NCBI GenBank assembly: GCA_963805625.1 | Contig: CAWDVE010000016.1 | Coordinates: 64,001-128,000 of the forward strand | DNA length: 64,000 nucleotides | Reading direction: 5' to 3' | Origin: an uncultured Candidatus Rokubacteria bacterium | GTDB lineage: Bacteria > Methylomirabilota > Methylomirabilia > Rokubacteriales > DASRDR01 | Part shown: positions 29,150-39,782 of the stretch, piece after piece | How positions within the stretch are numbered: the stretch's first letter is position 1 | Layout of the letters: each line of letters opens with the position of its first letter | Program-made: the position numbers and the translations under genes | Notes under the pieces: generated by a model | The model's database searches: none | Told to the model about the DNA's origin: nothing | The model's input: only the letters and a program-made list of their open reading frames with translations

Positions 29150-29356
29150 CTGCCGGAAGAATCCAGGCACGGCAGAGCCGTCCCTGAACCCGGCATCGGC
29201 CGAGTCCCCCGCGAGCCGATTCCCGGGGATGGCCGGAGCGGAAGAAGCGTCAGGCGCACGGCTTGACGCACCGCGGCAAACAGGCTAGCGTACGGGCACC
29301 GACCCGCCCCGGCCATCGGGACGACGGTCGAGACGCTCTGCGACGGGAGACCAGCC

Positions 29357-30568
29357 ATGCACACACGGCGCCCCCTCCTCATCGGGCTCCTCGCCCTCAT
29401 CGCGGTCACGGCCCTTGGCCCCGGTCTGAGCCACGCCCAGGGCCCCATCAAGATCGGCTTGGTCCAGGGGCTGACCGGACCCTTCGAGGTCTACGCCAAG
29501 CAGGCGGTGACCGGCTTCAAGCTGGGCCTCGAGTACGCCACGGGCGGCAAGCTGGAGGCGCTCGGGCGCAAGATCGAGGTGCTGGTCGAGGACGATCAGC
29601 TCAAGCCCGACGTCGCCAAGCGGCTGGTTACCAAGCTCTACGGCGACGACAAGGTCGACCTCGTGGTGGGCACGACCAGCAGCGCCGCCGCCCTGGCCAT
29701 CCTCCCCGTCGCCGAGGAGTTCAAGAAGGTCCTGGTGGTCGAGCCGGCGGTAGCCGACAGCATCACCGGCGAGTCCTGGAACCGCTACGTCTTCCGGACC
29801 GGCCGGAACTCCGGACAGGACGCGATCTCCAACGCCCTCGCGGTGGCGAAGCCCGGGGTGCTGATCGCCACGATCGCCCAGGACTACGCCTTCGGCCGGG
29901 ATGGCGTGGCGGCGTACAAGGCGGCGGTCGAGAAGCTCGGTGCCAAGGTGGTCCAGGAAGAGTACACGCCGCGGGATGCGACGGACTTCACGGCGCCCAT
30001 CCAGAAGATCGTCGGCGCGCTGAAGGACAAGCCGGGTCCCAAGTACGTCTTCGTGATCTGGGCGGGCAAGGGTGGCCCCTTCGCCCAGCTCGTCGCGAGC
30101 CGCCTCGACAAGTTCGGCATCACGCTCACGACCGGCGGCAACGTGCTGGACGTGCTCAAGGCGATGAAGGCCCAGAACCTCGAGGGCCTGGTGGGCGGCG
30201 CCTACTACTACTACGAGATCCCCAAGAACCCCGTAAACGATTGGCTGGTTCGCGAGCACCGGAAGCGCATGAACGACGAGCCGCCGGACTTCTTCACGGC
30301 GGGGGGCTTCGCCGCGGCCATGGCCGTCGTCACCGCCGTCCAGAAGGCCGGGGGCACGGACACCGAGAAGCTGATCCAGGCGATGGAGGGCATGGACTTC
30401 GACACGCCCAAGGGGAAGATGACGTTCCGGAAGGAGGACCACCAGGCCCTCCAGGCTATGTACGCCTTCCGGCTGACCGCGCGCCCTGACGTCCCATGGC
30501 TCATCCCCCAGCTCGTCCGCGAGCTGTCGCCCCAGGAGACGGCCCCGCCGATCCTGAACAAGCGGTAG
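29357..30568 (+). CDS. Branched-chain amino acid type ABC substrate-binding protein
   Basis: Signal peptide, IKIGL..GLTGP, EDDQLKPD, QDYAFG. Confidence 0.93.
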   Translation: MHTRRPLLIGLLALIAVTALGPGLSHAQGPIKIGLVQGLTGPFEVYAKQAVTGFKLGLEYATGGKLEALGRKIEVLVEDDQLKPDVAKRLVTKLYGDDKVDLVVGTTSSAAALAILPVAEEFKKVLVVEPAVADSITGESWNRYVFRTGRNSGQDAISNALAVAKPGVLIATIAQDYAFGRDGVAAYKAAVEKLGAKVVQEEYTPRDATDFTAPIQKIVGALKDKPGPKYVFVIWAGKGGPFAQLVASRLDKFGITLTTGGNVLDVLKAMKAQNLEGLVGGAYYYYEIPKNPVNDWLVREHRKRMNDEPPDFFTAGGFAAAMAVVTAVQKAGGTDTEKLIQAMEGMDFDTPKGKMTFRKEDHQALQAMYAFRLTARPDVPWLIPQLVRELSPQETAPPILNKR

Positions 30569-30573
30569 CCCGC

Positions 30574-31392
30574 GTGCGGCCGGCGGAGCCCCAGCCACCC
30601 GGCGGCGACGCCGGCGCGGCGGCGGCGCCCGACCGGCCCCTCCTCCGGACCGCCGGGCTCACGCGGCGCTTCGGCGGCCACGTCGCGCTCGACCGCGTCG
30701 ATCTCGCCGTGCCCCGGGGTGCGCTCAAGTCGATCATCGGGCCCAACGGCGCCGGCAAGACCACGCTCTTCAACCTGCTCAGCGGGCAGCTCCGGCCGAC
30801 CGCGGGCCGAGTGGTCTTCGACGGGCGCGACGTCACCGCGCTCGGCCCGGCGGCGCGGACGCGTCTCGGGATCGGGCGCTCGTTCCAGCTGACCCACGTC
30901 TTCCCGACGCTGACCGTGATCGAGAACGTGCGCCTCGCTGTCCAGGCGCGCGCGGGCCGCGGCCTGGTGGCGTGGCGCGACGCCCATGCCTATCCGGAGC
31001 TAGAGAACGAGGCGCGCGCGATCCTCGGCACGGTTCGCCTCGACACTCGCGCCGCCGCGCCGGCTGGCACCCTGCCCCATGGGGACAAGCGGAAGCTGGA
31101 CGTAGGCATCCTCCTCGGGCTCGATCCGCGGCTCCTGCTTCTCGACGAGCCCACCGCCGGGATGGCGTTGGAGGAAGTGCCGGCCATCGTCGCGCTGATC
31201 GAGCAGATCCGGCGCGAGGGAACGCGGACGATCCTGCTCGTCGAGCACAAGATCGACATGGTGATGGCGCTCTCGGACTCGATCGCCGTCCTCCAGGACG
31301 GGCGCCTCATCGCCGACGACACCCCGGCGCGCGTGAGCCGGGACCCGGCCGTTCAGGCCGCCTACTTCGGCGGCGCCCGCCGGGCGGGGTGA
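30574..31392 (+). CDS. ABC ATP-binding protein (LivG-like)
   Basis: GPNGAGKTT, LLLDEPTAG, VEH. Start approximate. Confidence 0.92.
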   Translation: MRPAEPQPPGGDAGAAAAPDRPLLRTAGLTRRFGGHVALDRVDLAVPRGALKSIIGPNGAGKTTLFNLLSGQLRPTAGRVVFDGRDVTALGPAARTRLGIGRSFQLTHVFPTLTVIENVRLAVQARAGRGLVAWRDAHAYPELENEARAILGTVRLDTRAAAPAGTLPHGDKRKLDVGILLGLDPRLLLLDEPTAGMALEEVPAIVALIEQIRREGTRTILLVEHKIDMVMALSDSIAVLQDGRLIADDTPARVSRDPAVQAAYFGGARRAG

Positions 31393-31396
31393 GCCC

Positions 31397-32125
31397 GTGA
31401 CGGCGAGGTCCCACGCGGAGGACACGCCGCTCCTCGAGCTCCGGGACGTCCACGCCGACATCGGGCAGCACCACATCCTCCAGGGCGTGTCGCTGCGCGC
31501 GCGGCGCGATGCCGTCACCGTGCTCCTCGGGCGTAACGGCGCCGGCAAGACGACGACGCTCCGGACCGTGATGGGCTTGATCGCCGCGCGGCGCGGGGAG
31601 GTGCGGTTCGACGGCGAGCCCATCGCCGGGCGCGCGCCCCACCTGGTGGCGAGACTCGGGATCGGCTACGTGCCCGAGGGCCAGGGCATCTTCGGAACGC
31701 TCACGGTGGACGAGAACCTCCGGGTCGCCCAGCGGACGTTCGACGCCGCGGCGCCCGACCGCCTCCGGCGCGTCTTCGAGCTGTTCCCCGACCTCGGTCG
31801 GTTCCGGCACGCCCGGGCGGCAACGCTCTCGGGCGGCCAGAAGCAGATGCTGGCAATCGCGCGGGCCCTGGTCAATCCGAACCGGCTGCTCCTGATCGAC
31901 GAGCCGTCCAAGGGCCTGGCCCCGATAGTGGTCGAGCACCTCGTCGAGGCGCTCCGCGCCATGAAGCGGGACCTGACCGTCGTCCTCGTCGAGCAGAACC
32001 TAGCCATGGCGGAGGCGCTTGGCGACGACTTCTGCCTGCTCGACGACGGGCGCACCGTCCACGCCGGCCCGATGGCCGCGCTGGCCGCCGACACCGCGCT
32101 CAAACAGCGCTACCTCGGGGTCTGA
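31397..32125 (+). CDS. ABC ATP-binding protein (LivF-like)
   Basis: GRNGAGKTT, LSGGQKQM, IDEPSKGLAP. Confidence 0.93.
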   Translation: MTARSHAEDTPLLELRDVHADIGQHHILQGVSLRARRDAVTVLLGRNGAGKTTTLRTVMGLIAARRGEVRFDGEPIAGRAPHLVARLGIGYVPEGQGIFGTLTVDENLRVAQRTFDAAAPDRLRRVFELFPDLGRFRHARAATLSGGQKQMLAIARALVNPNRLLLIDEPSKGLAPIVVEHLVEALRAMKRDLTVVLVEQNLAMAEALGDDFCLLDDGRTVHAGPMAALAADTALKQRYLGV

Positions 32126-32128
32126 CCC

Positions 32129-33103
32129 GTGCGCCGCGCCGTGCCCACGCTCGCTGCCCTCGCGCTCCTGCTCCTGCCGCTCCTCTGGATCGAGCCGCGC
32201 ACCTACGTGACGCTCACGGTGGCGGGGCTGGCGATGGGCATGCTCCTCTTCCTGGTGGCCTCCGGCCTCTCGCTCATCTTCGGGCTAATGGACGTGCTCA
32301 ACTTCGCCCACGGCGCTCTTTTCTCCTGGGGGGCCTTCGCCGGCTTCAGCGCGGTCGTCCTGCTCGATCGACGGCTCGGTTGGGCGAGCGCGCCCTCGCC
32401 CATCGCGAGCCTGGGCCTCCTGGTCGCCGCGGTCCTGGCGGCCGCCCTGGTGGCGGCGGTGCTCGGCGTGCTGCTGGAGCGCGTGGTCGTCCGCCCGGTC
32501 TACGGCCAGCACCTCTTCCAGATCCTGATCACCCTCGGCGCCACCATCGTGCTGGAGGAGCTCATCCGCATCGCCTGGGGGCCGAATGACCAGGTGGTGC
32601 CGCTGCCCGTGGCGTTCCAGGGCTCGTGGGACCTGGCCGACGTCATCGTGTTGCGCTTTCCGGTGGCGGCGATCGGGCTCGGCCTCCTCGTCTACGCGGG
32701 CCTCCAGCTCGTCCTCACCCGGACCCGCGTCGGTCTCATCGTGCGCGCCGGCGTCGAGAACGGCGAGATGGTCCAGGCGATGGGTCACGACCTGCGGCGC
32801 TACTTCACCGCCGTGTTCGCCGCCGGCTCCGCGCTCGCGGGGGTGGGCGGCGTCATGTGGGCCTTCTTCGGCCAATCGGTGCGCCCCGCGATGGGGGGCG
32901 AGCAGCTGATCTTCGCGTTCATCGTCGTCATCATCGGCGGGCTCGGCAGCGTCACCGGCTCCTTGGTCGGCGCCCTCCTGGTGGGCCTGTCGTACAACTA
33001 CGTGGCGTTCCTGGTCCCGAAGGCTGCCCTCGGCGTGAACATGGCGCTCATGGTGCTGGTCCTGCTCCTGCGGCCGACCGGCCTCTTCGGTGCCTCCCGA
33101 TGA
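32129..33103 (+). CDS. ABC permease (LivH-like)
   Basis: GLSLIFGLMDVLNFAHG, IIGGLGS, RPTGLFG. Confidence 0.92.
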   Translation: MRRAVPTLAALALLLLPLLWIEPRTYVTLTVAGLAMGMLLFLVASGLSLIFGLMDVLNFAHGALFSWGAFAGFSAVVLLDRRLGWASAPSPIASLGLLVAAVLAAALVAAVLGVLLERVVVRPVYGQHLFQILITLGATIVLEELIRIAWGPNDQVVPLPVAFQGSWDLADVIVLRFPVAAIGLGLLVYAGLQLVLTRTRVGLIVRAGVENGEMVQAMGHDLRRYFTAVFAAGSALAGVGGVMWAFFGQSVRPAMGGEQLIFAFIVVIIGGLGSVTGSLVGALLVGLSYNYVAFLVPKAALGVNMALMVLVLLLRPTGLFGASR

Positions 33104-34173
33104 GCCGGGGTCCGATGAGACCGGGCCCGTGGCTTGGGCTTGGGCTGATGGCCCTGTTCACCTTGGTGCCGCTCACCGCCGGCTCGTTCCGCACCATCGA
33201 CCTCGCCCTCAAGATCGCGCTGTTCGGCACCCTGGCCGCGAGCTACGACATCCTCCTCGGCTACACCGGCATCGTGTCGTTCGGGCACGCCATGTTCTTC
33301 GGGCTCGGCGCCTACGCGGTGGCACTCGCGCTGGGCAAGCTCGGCGCGGTGACGTACGGGCACCTCGCCCTCGGCCTCGTCGCAGGCCCCGTGACCGCTG
33401 CGGGCATCTCCCTCCTCGTCGGGCTCTTCTCCCTCCGGGTCCAGGCCATCTTCTTCGCGATGGTCACCCTCGCCTTCGCCGAGTTCGCCGTCATCCTGGC
33501 CGTCCAGCTGTCCCCGCTCACCGGGGGCGAGGACGGCCTGAACCTCCGCCTGCCGGGCGTCTTCGCCTCGGGCTGGACGGGCGCCCCCACGCTGGGAGTC
33601 CCGCTGACCAGCCGCGGGATCACGTACTACGGCGTGCTGCTCGTGTGTCTGGCCCTCCTGCTCCTGATGCGCCGCTTCGTCGGCTCACCGCTCGGACACA
33701 CGCTCCAGGCGATCCGCGACAACGCCCTGCGCGCGGAAGCGCTCGGGTACCGGACGTTCGTCTTCCAGCTCGCGGCCACCGCGTTCGCGAGCGGGATCGC
33801 GGGGCTCCTTGGCGGCCTCTACGCGATGTGGGTGCGGTACGTCAATCCGGAGTCGGCCCTCGGCATCTCGATCATGCTCGACGTACTGCTGATGGTCGTG
33901 ATCGGCGGCATCGGGACGCTCTACGGCGGCCTGGTCGGGGCGGCGGTGCTGCTGTCGGCGCGGACGCTCCTGCCCGACCTGCGGGGCCTCGGCGCCACGC
34001 TGGCGCCGGGCTCCGAGATCCTCCAGCGGCTTGCCGACCGGTGGCTGCTCGTCCTCGGGCTCCTGTTCGTGCTGGTCGTTCTCTTCTTCCCGCGCGGGAT
34101 CCTCGGAACGGTGCGGGAGCGCGCGGAGCGGCGCGAGGCCCGGCAGCGTGCGGGTAGCTTGGCCCGCGACTGA
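33100..34173 (+). CDS. ABC permease (LivM-like)
   Basis: GYTGIVSFGHA, TGGEDG, AIRDN. ATGA overlap. Confidence 0.92.
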   Translation: MSRGPMRPGPWLGLGLMALFTLVPLTAGSFRTIDLALKIALFGTLAASYDILLGYTGIVSFGHAMFFGLGAYAVALALGKLGAVTYGHLALGLVAGPVTAAGISLLVGLFSLRVQAIFFAMVTLAFAEFAVILAVQLSPLTGGEDGLNLRLPGVFASGWTGAPTLGVPLTSRGITYYGVLLVCLALLLLMRRFVGSPLGHTLQAIRDNALRAEALGYRTFVFQLAATAFASGIAGLLGGLYAMWVRYVNPESALGISIMLDVLLMVVIGGIGTLYGGLVGAAVLLSARTLLPDLRGLGATLAPGSEILQRLADRWLLVLGLLFVLVVLFFPRGILGTVRERAERREARQRAGSLARD

Positions 34174-34304
34174 TGCGCCATGATGATGAGGGGAAGAACC
34201 TGGGCGAGACCTGGCCACGGAGTTGGTGCCGGTAGCTAGCCCGCCGGCGTTCACGGGCAGGCGCGCTACAGATGCCCCTTCACTCTCGACTCGAGGAGAC
34301 GCTC

Positions 34305-35084
34305 ATGCGCGGCAAGCGGATCAAGGCCAAGCTCCGGGTTGGCCAGCCCGTGTTCACGACGGTGCTCAAGTTTCACGCCCCCCGTCTGGTCGAGATGCTG
34401 GCGCGGAGCGGCGCCGATCAGATCTTCCTCGATGCCGAGCACGGCCCGCTAAGCGAGGCGGAGTGCGAGGAGATGGTGCGAGCCGCCGACCTCTACGATG
34501 CGCCCGTGGCCATCCGGGTCCCGGTGAACGCGCCCCACGTGATCCTCCGCTACCTCGACATCGGGACCTCGGCCATCATGGTGCCCCACGTCGTCACCGT
34601 CGCAGATGCCGAGCGCGCGGTGCAGGCCGTGAAGTACCCGCCCGAGGGGACGCGGAGCTTCGCGCCGGGCCGGGGCGCCGAGCTCCTCGGCCTGACGCCC
34701 GCCGAATACGTGCGGCGCTCGAACGAGGAAACCGTCGTCTACGCGCTCTTCGAGGATGTGGCGGGCGTGGACGAGGTCGAGGCCATCTGCCGGGTTCCGG
34801 GCCTCGACGGCGTGGCCGTCGGCGCCTACGACCTTGCGGCCTCCATGGGCCATCCGGGCGAGCCGTGGCGGGAGGACGTCCAGGCGGTCGTCGAGCGTGT
34901 CCTCCAGACGTGCCGCCGGCATCGCATGCCGTTCGGGACGGTTCCCCGGGACCGGGCCGACCTCGCGCGCCAGATCGAGCGGGGGTGCCAGCTGATCACT
35001 GTCTCGACCCTCGACTGGGGGATCCAGGCGACCCGCGACGCCGTCGCCGAGCTGTCGCGGCTAGCCCCGAGGGCGAAGGCCTAG
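34305..35084 (+). CDS. HpcH/HpaI aldolase family protein
   Basis: LDAEHG, IMVPHV, KYPPEG.R, GAYDL. GAGGAG RBS. Confidence 0.9.
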   Translation: MRGKRIKAKLRVGQPVFTTVLKFHAPRLVEMLARSGADQIFLDAEHGPLSEAECEEMVRAADLYDAPVAIRVPVNAPHVILRYLDIGTSAIMVPHVVTVADAERAVQAVKYPPEGTRSFAPGRGAELLGLTPAEYVRRSNEETVVYALFEDVAGVDEVEAICRVPGLDGVAVGAYDLAASMGHPGEPWREDVQAVVERVLQTCRRHRMPFGTVPRDRADLARQIERGCQLITVSTLDWGIQATRDAVAELSRLAPRAKA

Positions 35085-35089
35085 TCCGA

Positions 35090-35340
35090 CTCTCGAGGAA
35101 GGGGGCGGCCTTCCAGACCAGCCAACCCATCAGGTAGGCGTTCTGGACCCGCCAGTCGTCGCACTGGTCGGAGACGATGTCGGCCCGCTCGTCGGTGCCC
35201 TTGGGCAACCGCTCCTTGATCGTCGTGTCCCCGGCGGCGGCGAGCAGTGTCGGGAACCAATCGAGGCCGGAGAAGATCCCATTGGAGACCACTCCAGCCT
35301 TGATCTTGCCCGGCCAGCGGATCATCGCCGGGACGACGGG
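35090..35340 (-). pseudogene. Arylsulfatase remnant with internal deletion
   Basis: MIRWPGKIKAG..SNGIFSGLDWFPTLLAAAG joined directly to the distal ERADIVSDQ.DDW segment. Confidence 0.75.
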
Positions 35341-35406
35341 ACGCCCTCTCCGGGCGAGCGCCCGGTGCCCGTGCCATCATTACGCGGACCGTTGCTTCCA
35401 CGCGTC

Positions 35407-36405
35407 CTACTTCTGGAACGGGTAGATGACCTTCCACTCCTGCTTCATGTCGACGACCGTCCAGCCCTTCTGGGTCGCCTCGTCGAGCGCCTTGTCGAGG
35501 CGGCCGATCGGGGACTGCCGGTCGTAGGCCCACTCCCGCTCGCCGTCGGTGTGGCGGACGATACCCATGAACCGAAGCCCGTCGCCGGCGGCGGTCCACT
35601 GGAGCATCTGGTGGTCGCCGTCGGAGTTCCCGAAGGCGAGAAGTGGCCGGCGGCCGATGAAGCGGTTGATGCCGACGGGCTTGCCCGCCTTGTCGTCGAC
35701 GAGGTTGATCTTCGGCAGCTTGACCAGCACCGGCTTGCCGTTCCGCATCTCGAGCTTCGTCTCGCCGACGCTGCCGACGACCTGCTCGGGTGGGATACCG
35801 TAGACCTGTTCGGTGAAGACACGCATGAATTCGACGCCGCCCCCCGAGACGATGAAGGTCTTGAAGCCGTTGGCGCGGAGGTAGGCGAGGAGCTCAAGCA
35901 TCGGCTGGAAGACCAGGTCGGTGTACGGCCGCTGGAAACGCGGGTGCTTCGCTTGCGCCACCCAGTCCTTCACGGTCTGCGCGAACTCGTCGGTCGTCAT
36001 GCCCGTATGGGTCGCGGCGACGACCTCAAAGAGCCCCTTCTCCCCGGCGGCGGCGACGGCCTTCATGTCGTTCTCGAGGATGCCCTGGAAGGGCTGCGTG
36101 GTCTTCCACTCCGAGTGCTTCGGAGCGAGGGCCTTCACCCGGTCGAAGGCGAATAACCCCTGGAAGTACATAGGCTGCTCACTCCAGAGCGTGCCGTCGT
36201 TGTCGAACGTCGCGATGCGCGCCTCTGGCGGGACGTACTGGGCGTTGGCGCGATCGGTCACTGCCTGGACGAACTGCACGATGCTCTGTTTGCTCGGGCC
36301 GTCGTTCCAGGACGGCAGGGGATCCGTCTGGGCGCTGGCAGCCCGCGCGCCCGTCACCACGAGAATCAGTCCCAGGAGCCACAGGCCCAGCGTGCGTCGC
36401 ATCAT
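35407..36405 (-). CDS. Secreted HAD family hydrolase (acid phosphatase-like)
   Basis: DPLPSWNDG, FDNDGTLW, IVSGGG, FGNSDGD, signal peptide. Confidence 0.93.
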   Translation of the reverse strand: MMRRTLGLWLLGLILVVTGARAASAQTDPLPSWNDGPSKQSIVQFVQAVTDRANAQYVPPEARIATFDNDGTLWSEQPMYFQGLFAFDRVKALAPKHSEWKTTQPFQGILENDMKAVAAAGEKGLFEVVAATHTGMTTDEFAQTVKDWVAQAKHPRFQRPYTDLVFQPMLELLAYLRANGFKTFIVSGGGVEFMRVFTEQVYGIPPEQVVGSVGETKLEMRNGKPVLVKLPKINLVDDKAGKPVGINRFIGRRPLLAFGNSDGDHQMLQWTAAGDGLRFMGIVRHTDGEREWAYDRQSPIGRLDKALDEATQKGWTVVDMKQEWKVIYPFQK

Positions 36406-36599
36406 CGTTCCGAGTCCTCCTAGAATTGGTATGCTGCGGTCCGGGCGAAGTGCTGGCCCGAGAAGCGGTCCTCGGCGCAGTGCTGGTCGAGGTGCTCGGC
36501 CGTCACGAGAGTTGCCCACCAGCCGCGGTCTCAGCGGCAGGAGCGGGCTCACGCCGTGGTTCAGGGAGCAGCGCGGCCCAGGCTGACGTCCACGCCCGG

Positions 36600-37061
36600 C
36601 TAGCTGCGCTTGACCGTGGACTCGACGATCACCCAGCGGCCGCCCCGCTTCTCGAGCTTGTACACGAAGGCGCCCCGGCTGTCGCCAAGCTGGCCCTGCC
36701 CGCGGGCCGTCGCGTGCGTGGGGTCGGCGAACTCGACGGTCCACCGGGCGTGCTCGAAGAGTGTCCGGTCCCCCCGCGCCATCAGGGCCGCCATGTCTTC
36801 CCGGTACTGGATCTTCGACACCTGCCCGTCGCCGCTGCCGCGCCCGGTCCCGAAGGCCGGTAGCGAGACGACCTTGGCGTCATCCGCGATCGATAGCAGC
36901 AGCGCGTCGACATCGCGCGCGTTGAATGCAACCCGGTGCGATTCGACCACCTGATTCACCGCGTCCACGTCTGCCTGGGGCATCGGAATCCCCCCCGTCG
37001 TCGCACACCCCGCCGCCAGCATTCCGAGTCCCAGCGCCACCATCCCGATGATGCGTCTCAT
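36600..37061 (-). CDS. Lipoprotein with SnoaL/NTF2-like fold
   Basis: Lipobox LAAGC, AFNARDVDALL, LEKRGGRWVIV. Confidence 0.75.
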   Translation of the reverse strand: MRRIIGMVALGLGMLAAGCATTGGIPMPQADVDAVNQVVESHRVAFNARDVDALLLSIADDAKVVSLPAFGTGRGSGDGQVSKIQYREDMAALMARGDRTLFEHARWTVEFADPTHATARGQGQLGDSRGAFVYKLEKRGGRWVIVESTVKRS

Positions 37062-37455
37062 GTCCTGATCCTCTCGTTCCTGGAGTTCTGGAATGTTCGT
37101 TGGGCTCCGTGGCCTGCCGCCGTGATCGGCCATGGCTCCCGCGGTCGACCGGGTGAGCCCGCATCGACCTGTGGCCTGACGTCACCGGCGACGGAAGCCC
37201 GGCGCCGCGAAAACCGGCCGAAGGGGGCGCCCGAGGCGCGGAAATCGTTGACACGCGGCCTGGCCCTCCGACCGGATCTGCGACTTCTTCGTCTCGGTCG
37301 ATTCTCGCTAGCGTTTTCGCAGCGACGTGATTCTAGCCGCAGGTTCTCGTCCGGGGTATGGGACCTTGGTCCAATGACGCGCCGGCGGCTCCGCCCGTGG
37401 TCCGAGGGCGGGCGCCCTCGGAGGCAGTCCCTGACGGCTCCAGCGTGAAGGGACG

Positions 37456-37830
37456 TCAGCCGCGACGGACGCGACGCTGCATCATGTCGAGGTAGGCGTC
37501 GAGCTCGGTTGAGCTTCCGAAGACCTGGCTGGACGGCAGCGCCTTGACGATGTCGAACACCTTCTGCACCGGGGGCTGCAGGTTCAGGAGCACCAGGCCC
37601 GCCCCGCGGCCTTCCAAGACTTTCCGGGCCTTGACGACCGAGCGGATGCCGGCGCTGCTGATGTACTCGAGCGCCGCCAAGTCGAAGACCACCGCCGTGG
37701 CGGCGGGATCGGCCAGGACGGTAGCGAGCCGAGCGTCGAGCTCCGGCGCGGTCACCGTGTCGAGCCGTCCGGTGAGCCGCACCCGGCGCCGGCCGCTACC
37801 CTCGTCCGCAAGCTGGATGTCGAGCGCCAC
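37456..37830 (-). CDS. STAS domain anti-sigma factor antagonist
   Basis: GRLDTVTA, DLAALEYISSAGIR. Confidence 0.92.
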   Translation of the reverse strand: MALDIQLADEGSGRRRVRLTGRLDTVTAPELDARLATVLADPAATAVVFDLAALEYISSAGIRSVVKARKVLEGRGAGLVLLNLQPPVQKVFDIVKALPSSQVFGSSTELDAYLDMMQRRVRRG

Positions 37831-37875
37831 GTCACGTTCTCCTTTCAGCCGATTCCGTGCCCGAACCCGTTGCCG

Positions 37876-38838
37876 TCACGCCAGCCCCAGGTTCCGGCGG
37901 ATCCGGGGGAGTGGCTCCTCGGTGTCGGCGACGAACGCGCGCCCGGTCACGGTCTCGTAGGCCTCGATGTAGCGTCGCGCCGCCTCGACCCGCACGTCGT
38001 CGGGGATCGGCGGTGGGGGCCCCTCGCCGGTGTAGCCGATCGCGGCGAAGTAGCGTCGCACGTATTCCTTGTCGAGGGAGCGCGGCTCTTCGCCGCGCGC
38101 GATCCTCCGCTCGTAGTCCTCCGCATACCAGTAGCGCGACGAGTCTGGCGTGTGGATCTCGTCGATGAACAGAATCCGGCCGTCGGGGGCACGCCCGAGC
38201 TCGTACTTCGTGTCGACGAGGATCAGGCCTCGTGCGCGCGCCCGGTCCTGGCCGAACGCGAACATGCGGAGGCACATCGTCTCGAGCTCGTTGAAGGTCC
38301 TCGGGTCGACCAGGCCTCGCTCGACGAGCTGCTCACGCGAGACGGTCTCGTCGTGCGCCCCCTTCTCGGCCTTGGTCGACGGCGTGACCAGCGGCCGCGG
38401 CAGCGGCTCGTTCTTGCGCATCCCGTCGGGCAGGGCGTGGCCCGCAAAGCGCCGCGAGCCCGCCTCGTAGTGCTTCCAGATCGAGGTGGTGGTGACCCCG
38501 GTGAGGTAGGCACGTACGACCATCTCGACCGGCAGCGGCCGGCATTCGATGGCGCGCGTCACGTTCGGATCGGGCACGTCGATCACGTGGTTGGGCGCCA
38601 CGTGCGTCGTCTCCTCGAACCAGTAGGCCGCGAGCTGGTTCAGCACCTGACCCTTGAACGGGATCGTGCCCAGGACCACGTCGAACGCGCTCAGCCGATC
38701 CGACACTACGAGGATCCGCTGGCCGCCTCGGGTGTAGCTCTCCCGCACCTTGCCGTGATGGTGCTCGCCGAGCCCCCGGAGATCGATGCGGTCGAGTGTC
38801 TTCCGGAGCTGCGCCCGCAGGACGCCGTCAGGAACCAA
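37876..38838 (-). CDS. purC: Phosphoribosylaminoimidazolesuccinocarboxamide synthase
   Basis: [39 protein letters not shown]. Confidence 0.96.
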   Translation of the reverse strand: MVPDGVLRAQLRKTLDRIDLRGLGEHHHGKVRESYTRGGQRILVVSDRLSAFDVVLGTIPFKGQVLNQLAAYWFEETTHVAPNHVIDVPDPNVTRAIECRPLPVEMVVRAYLTGVTTTSIWKHYEAGSRRFAGHALPDGMRKNEPLPRPLVTPSTKAEKGAHDETVSREQLVERGLVDPRTFNELETMCLRMFAFGQDRARARGLILVDTKYELGRAPDGRILFIDEIHTPDSSRYWYAEDYERRIARGEEPRSLDKEYVRRYFAAIGYTGEGPPPPIPDDVRVEAARRYIEAYETVTGRAFVADTEEPLPRIRRNLGLA

Positions 38839-38881
38839 GGCTGTCTCCCTCAGCGGCCGCTACGCCCGCGGGCTCCCTGCG

Positions 38882-38920
38882 TCACTCGACCATCTCGTCA
38901 GCACGCAGGAGCACCGTCGC
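38882..38920 (-). pseudogene. ABC substrate-binding (PF04392-like) extreme C-terminal remnant
   Basis: ATVLLRADEMVE*. Confidence 0.5.
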
Positions 38921-39030
38921 GGAGCGGCGCCGTGCGGGGGGACCAGTTCTCCCCGCCGTAGGCCGCCGCCCTGGTGAGGTCGGGCATGGGCGTCACGCTA
39001 GCAGAGGGTCGCGCCTGGCGCCAGCCGAGG

Positions 39031-39735
39031 TCAGGCGTCGAGCTGGCGGGCGAGGTCGAGGAAGTCGGTTGCGACGACGTCCCAGTCGGCTTCGGGCGCG
39101 AGGTCCGACGTCTGCTCCGGGCCGTGCTCGGCCGGGCGCGGGACGAACGCCGTGCGGAGCCCGCACGCGCGTGCTGCGCCGAGATCGTAGTTGTGGGCCG
39201 CGACCATCATGACCTCGTCCGGGCGGAGGCCGAGGAGCGCGGCCGCCGTGCGGTAGACCTCAGGTCGCGGCTTGTAGCAGCGGGCGTTCTCAGCGGTGAT
39301 GATGCAGTCCCACGGGAGCCCCGCGAACCGTGCCAGGTGCACCATCCCGGCGAAGCTCCCGTTCGAGAGCGGGGAGAGGATGAACCGCGTGCGGAGGCGG
39401 CCGAGCCCCGGGACGGCGTCGGGCCAGGGATGGAGTCGCCACCACGCGCGGGTGAGGCGGGTGAGGTCAGTCTCGCTGACGCCCTCGATGCCGTGGCGCG
39501 GGAGGAGCTCCTCGAGCCGCCGCCGGTAGATCGTCTCGACCGTGGTCCACGGCCACTCGCCCGAGTTGACACGGTCCATGCCCGGCCGATACCCGGCCTT
39601 CCACTCCGTGAGGAACCGCATCCAGTTGACGTCGAGGCCGCGCGCGGAGCCGAACTCGACGAGCTGGGCGAGGACGCTATCCCGCCAGTCGACGACGGTG
39701 CCGTAGGTGTCGAAGGTCAGCGCCTGGACGGCCAT
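39031..39735 (-). CDS. Haloacid dehalogenase, type II
   Basis: FDTYGTVVDWR, LSNG, YKP, MVAAHNYDL. Confidence 0.93.
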   Translation of the reverse strand: MAVQALTFDTYGTVVDWRDSVLAQLVEFGSARGLDVNWMRFLTEWKAGYRPGMDRVNSGEWPWTTVETIYRRRLEELLPRHGIEGVSETDLTRLTRAWWRLHPWPDAVPGLGRLRTRFILSPLSNGSFAGMVHLARFAGLPWDCIITAENARCYKPRPEVYRTAAALLGLRPDEVMMVAAHNYDLGAARACGLRTAFVPRPAEHGPEQTSDLAPEADWDVVATDFLDLARQLDA

Positions 39736-39782
39736 CACGCGTGTGGCCGGGCCGGCCCCCCGCGGGCCCCCCGGACCGTCGC

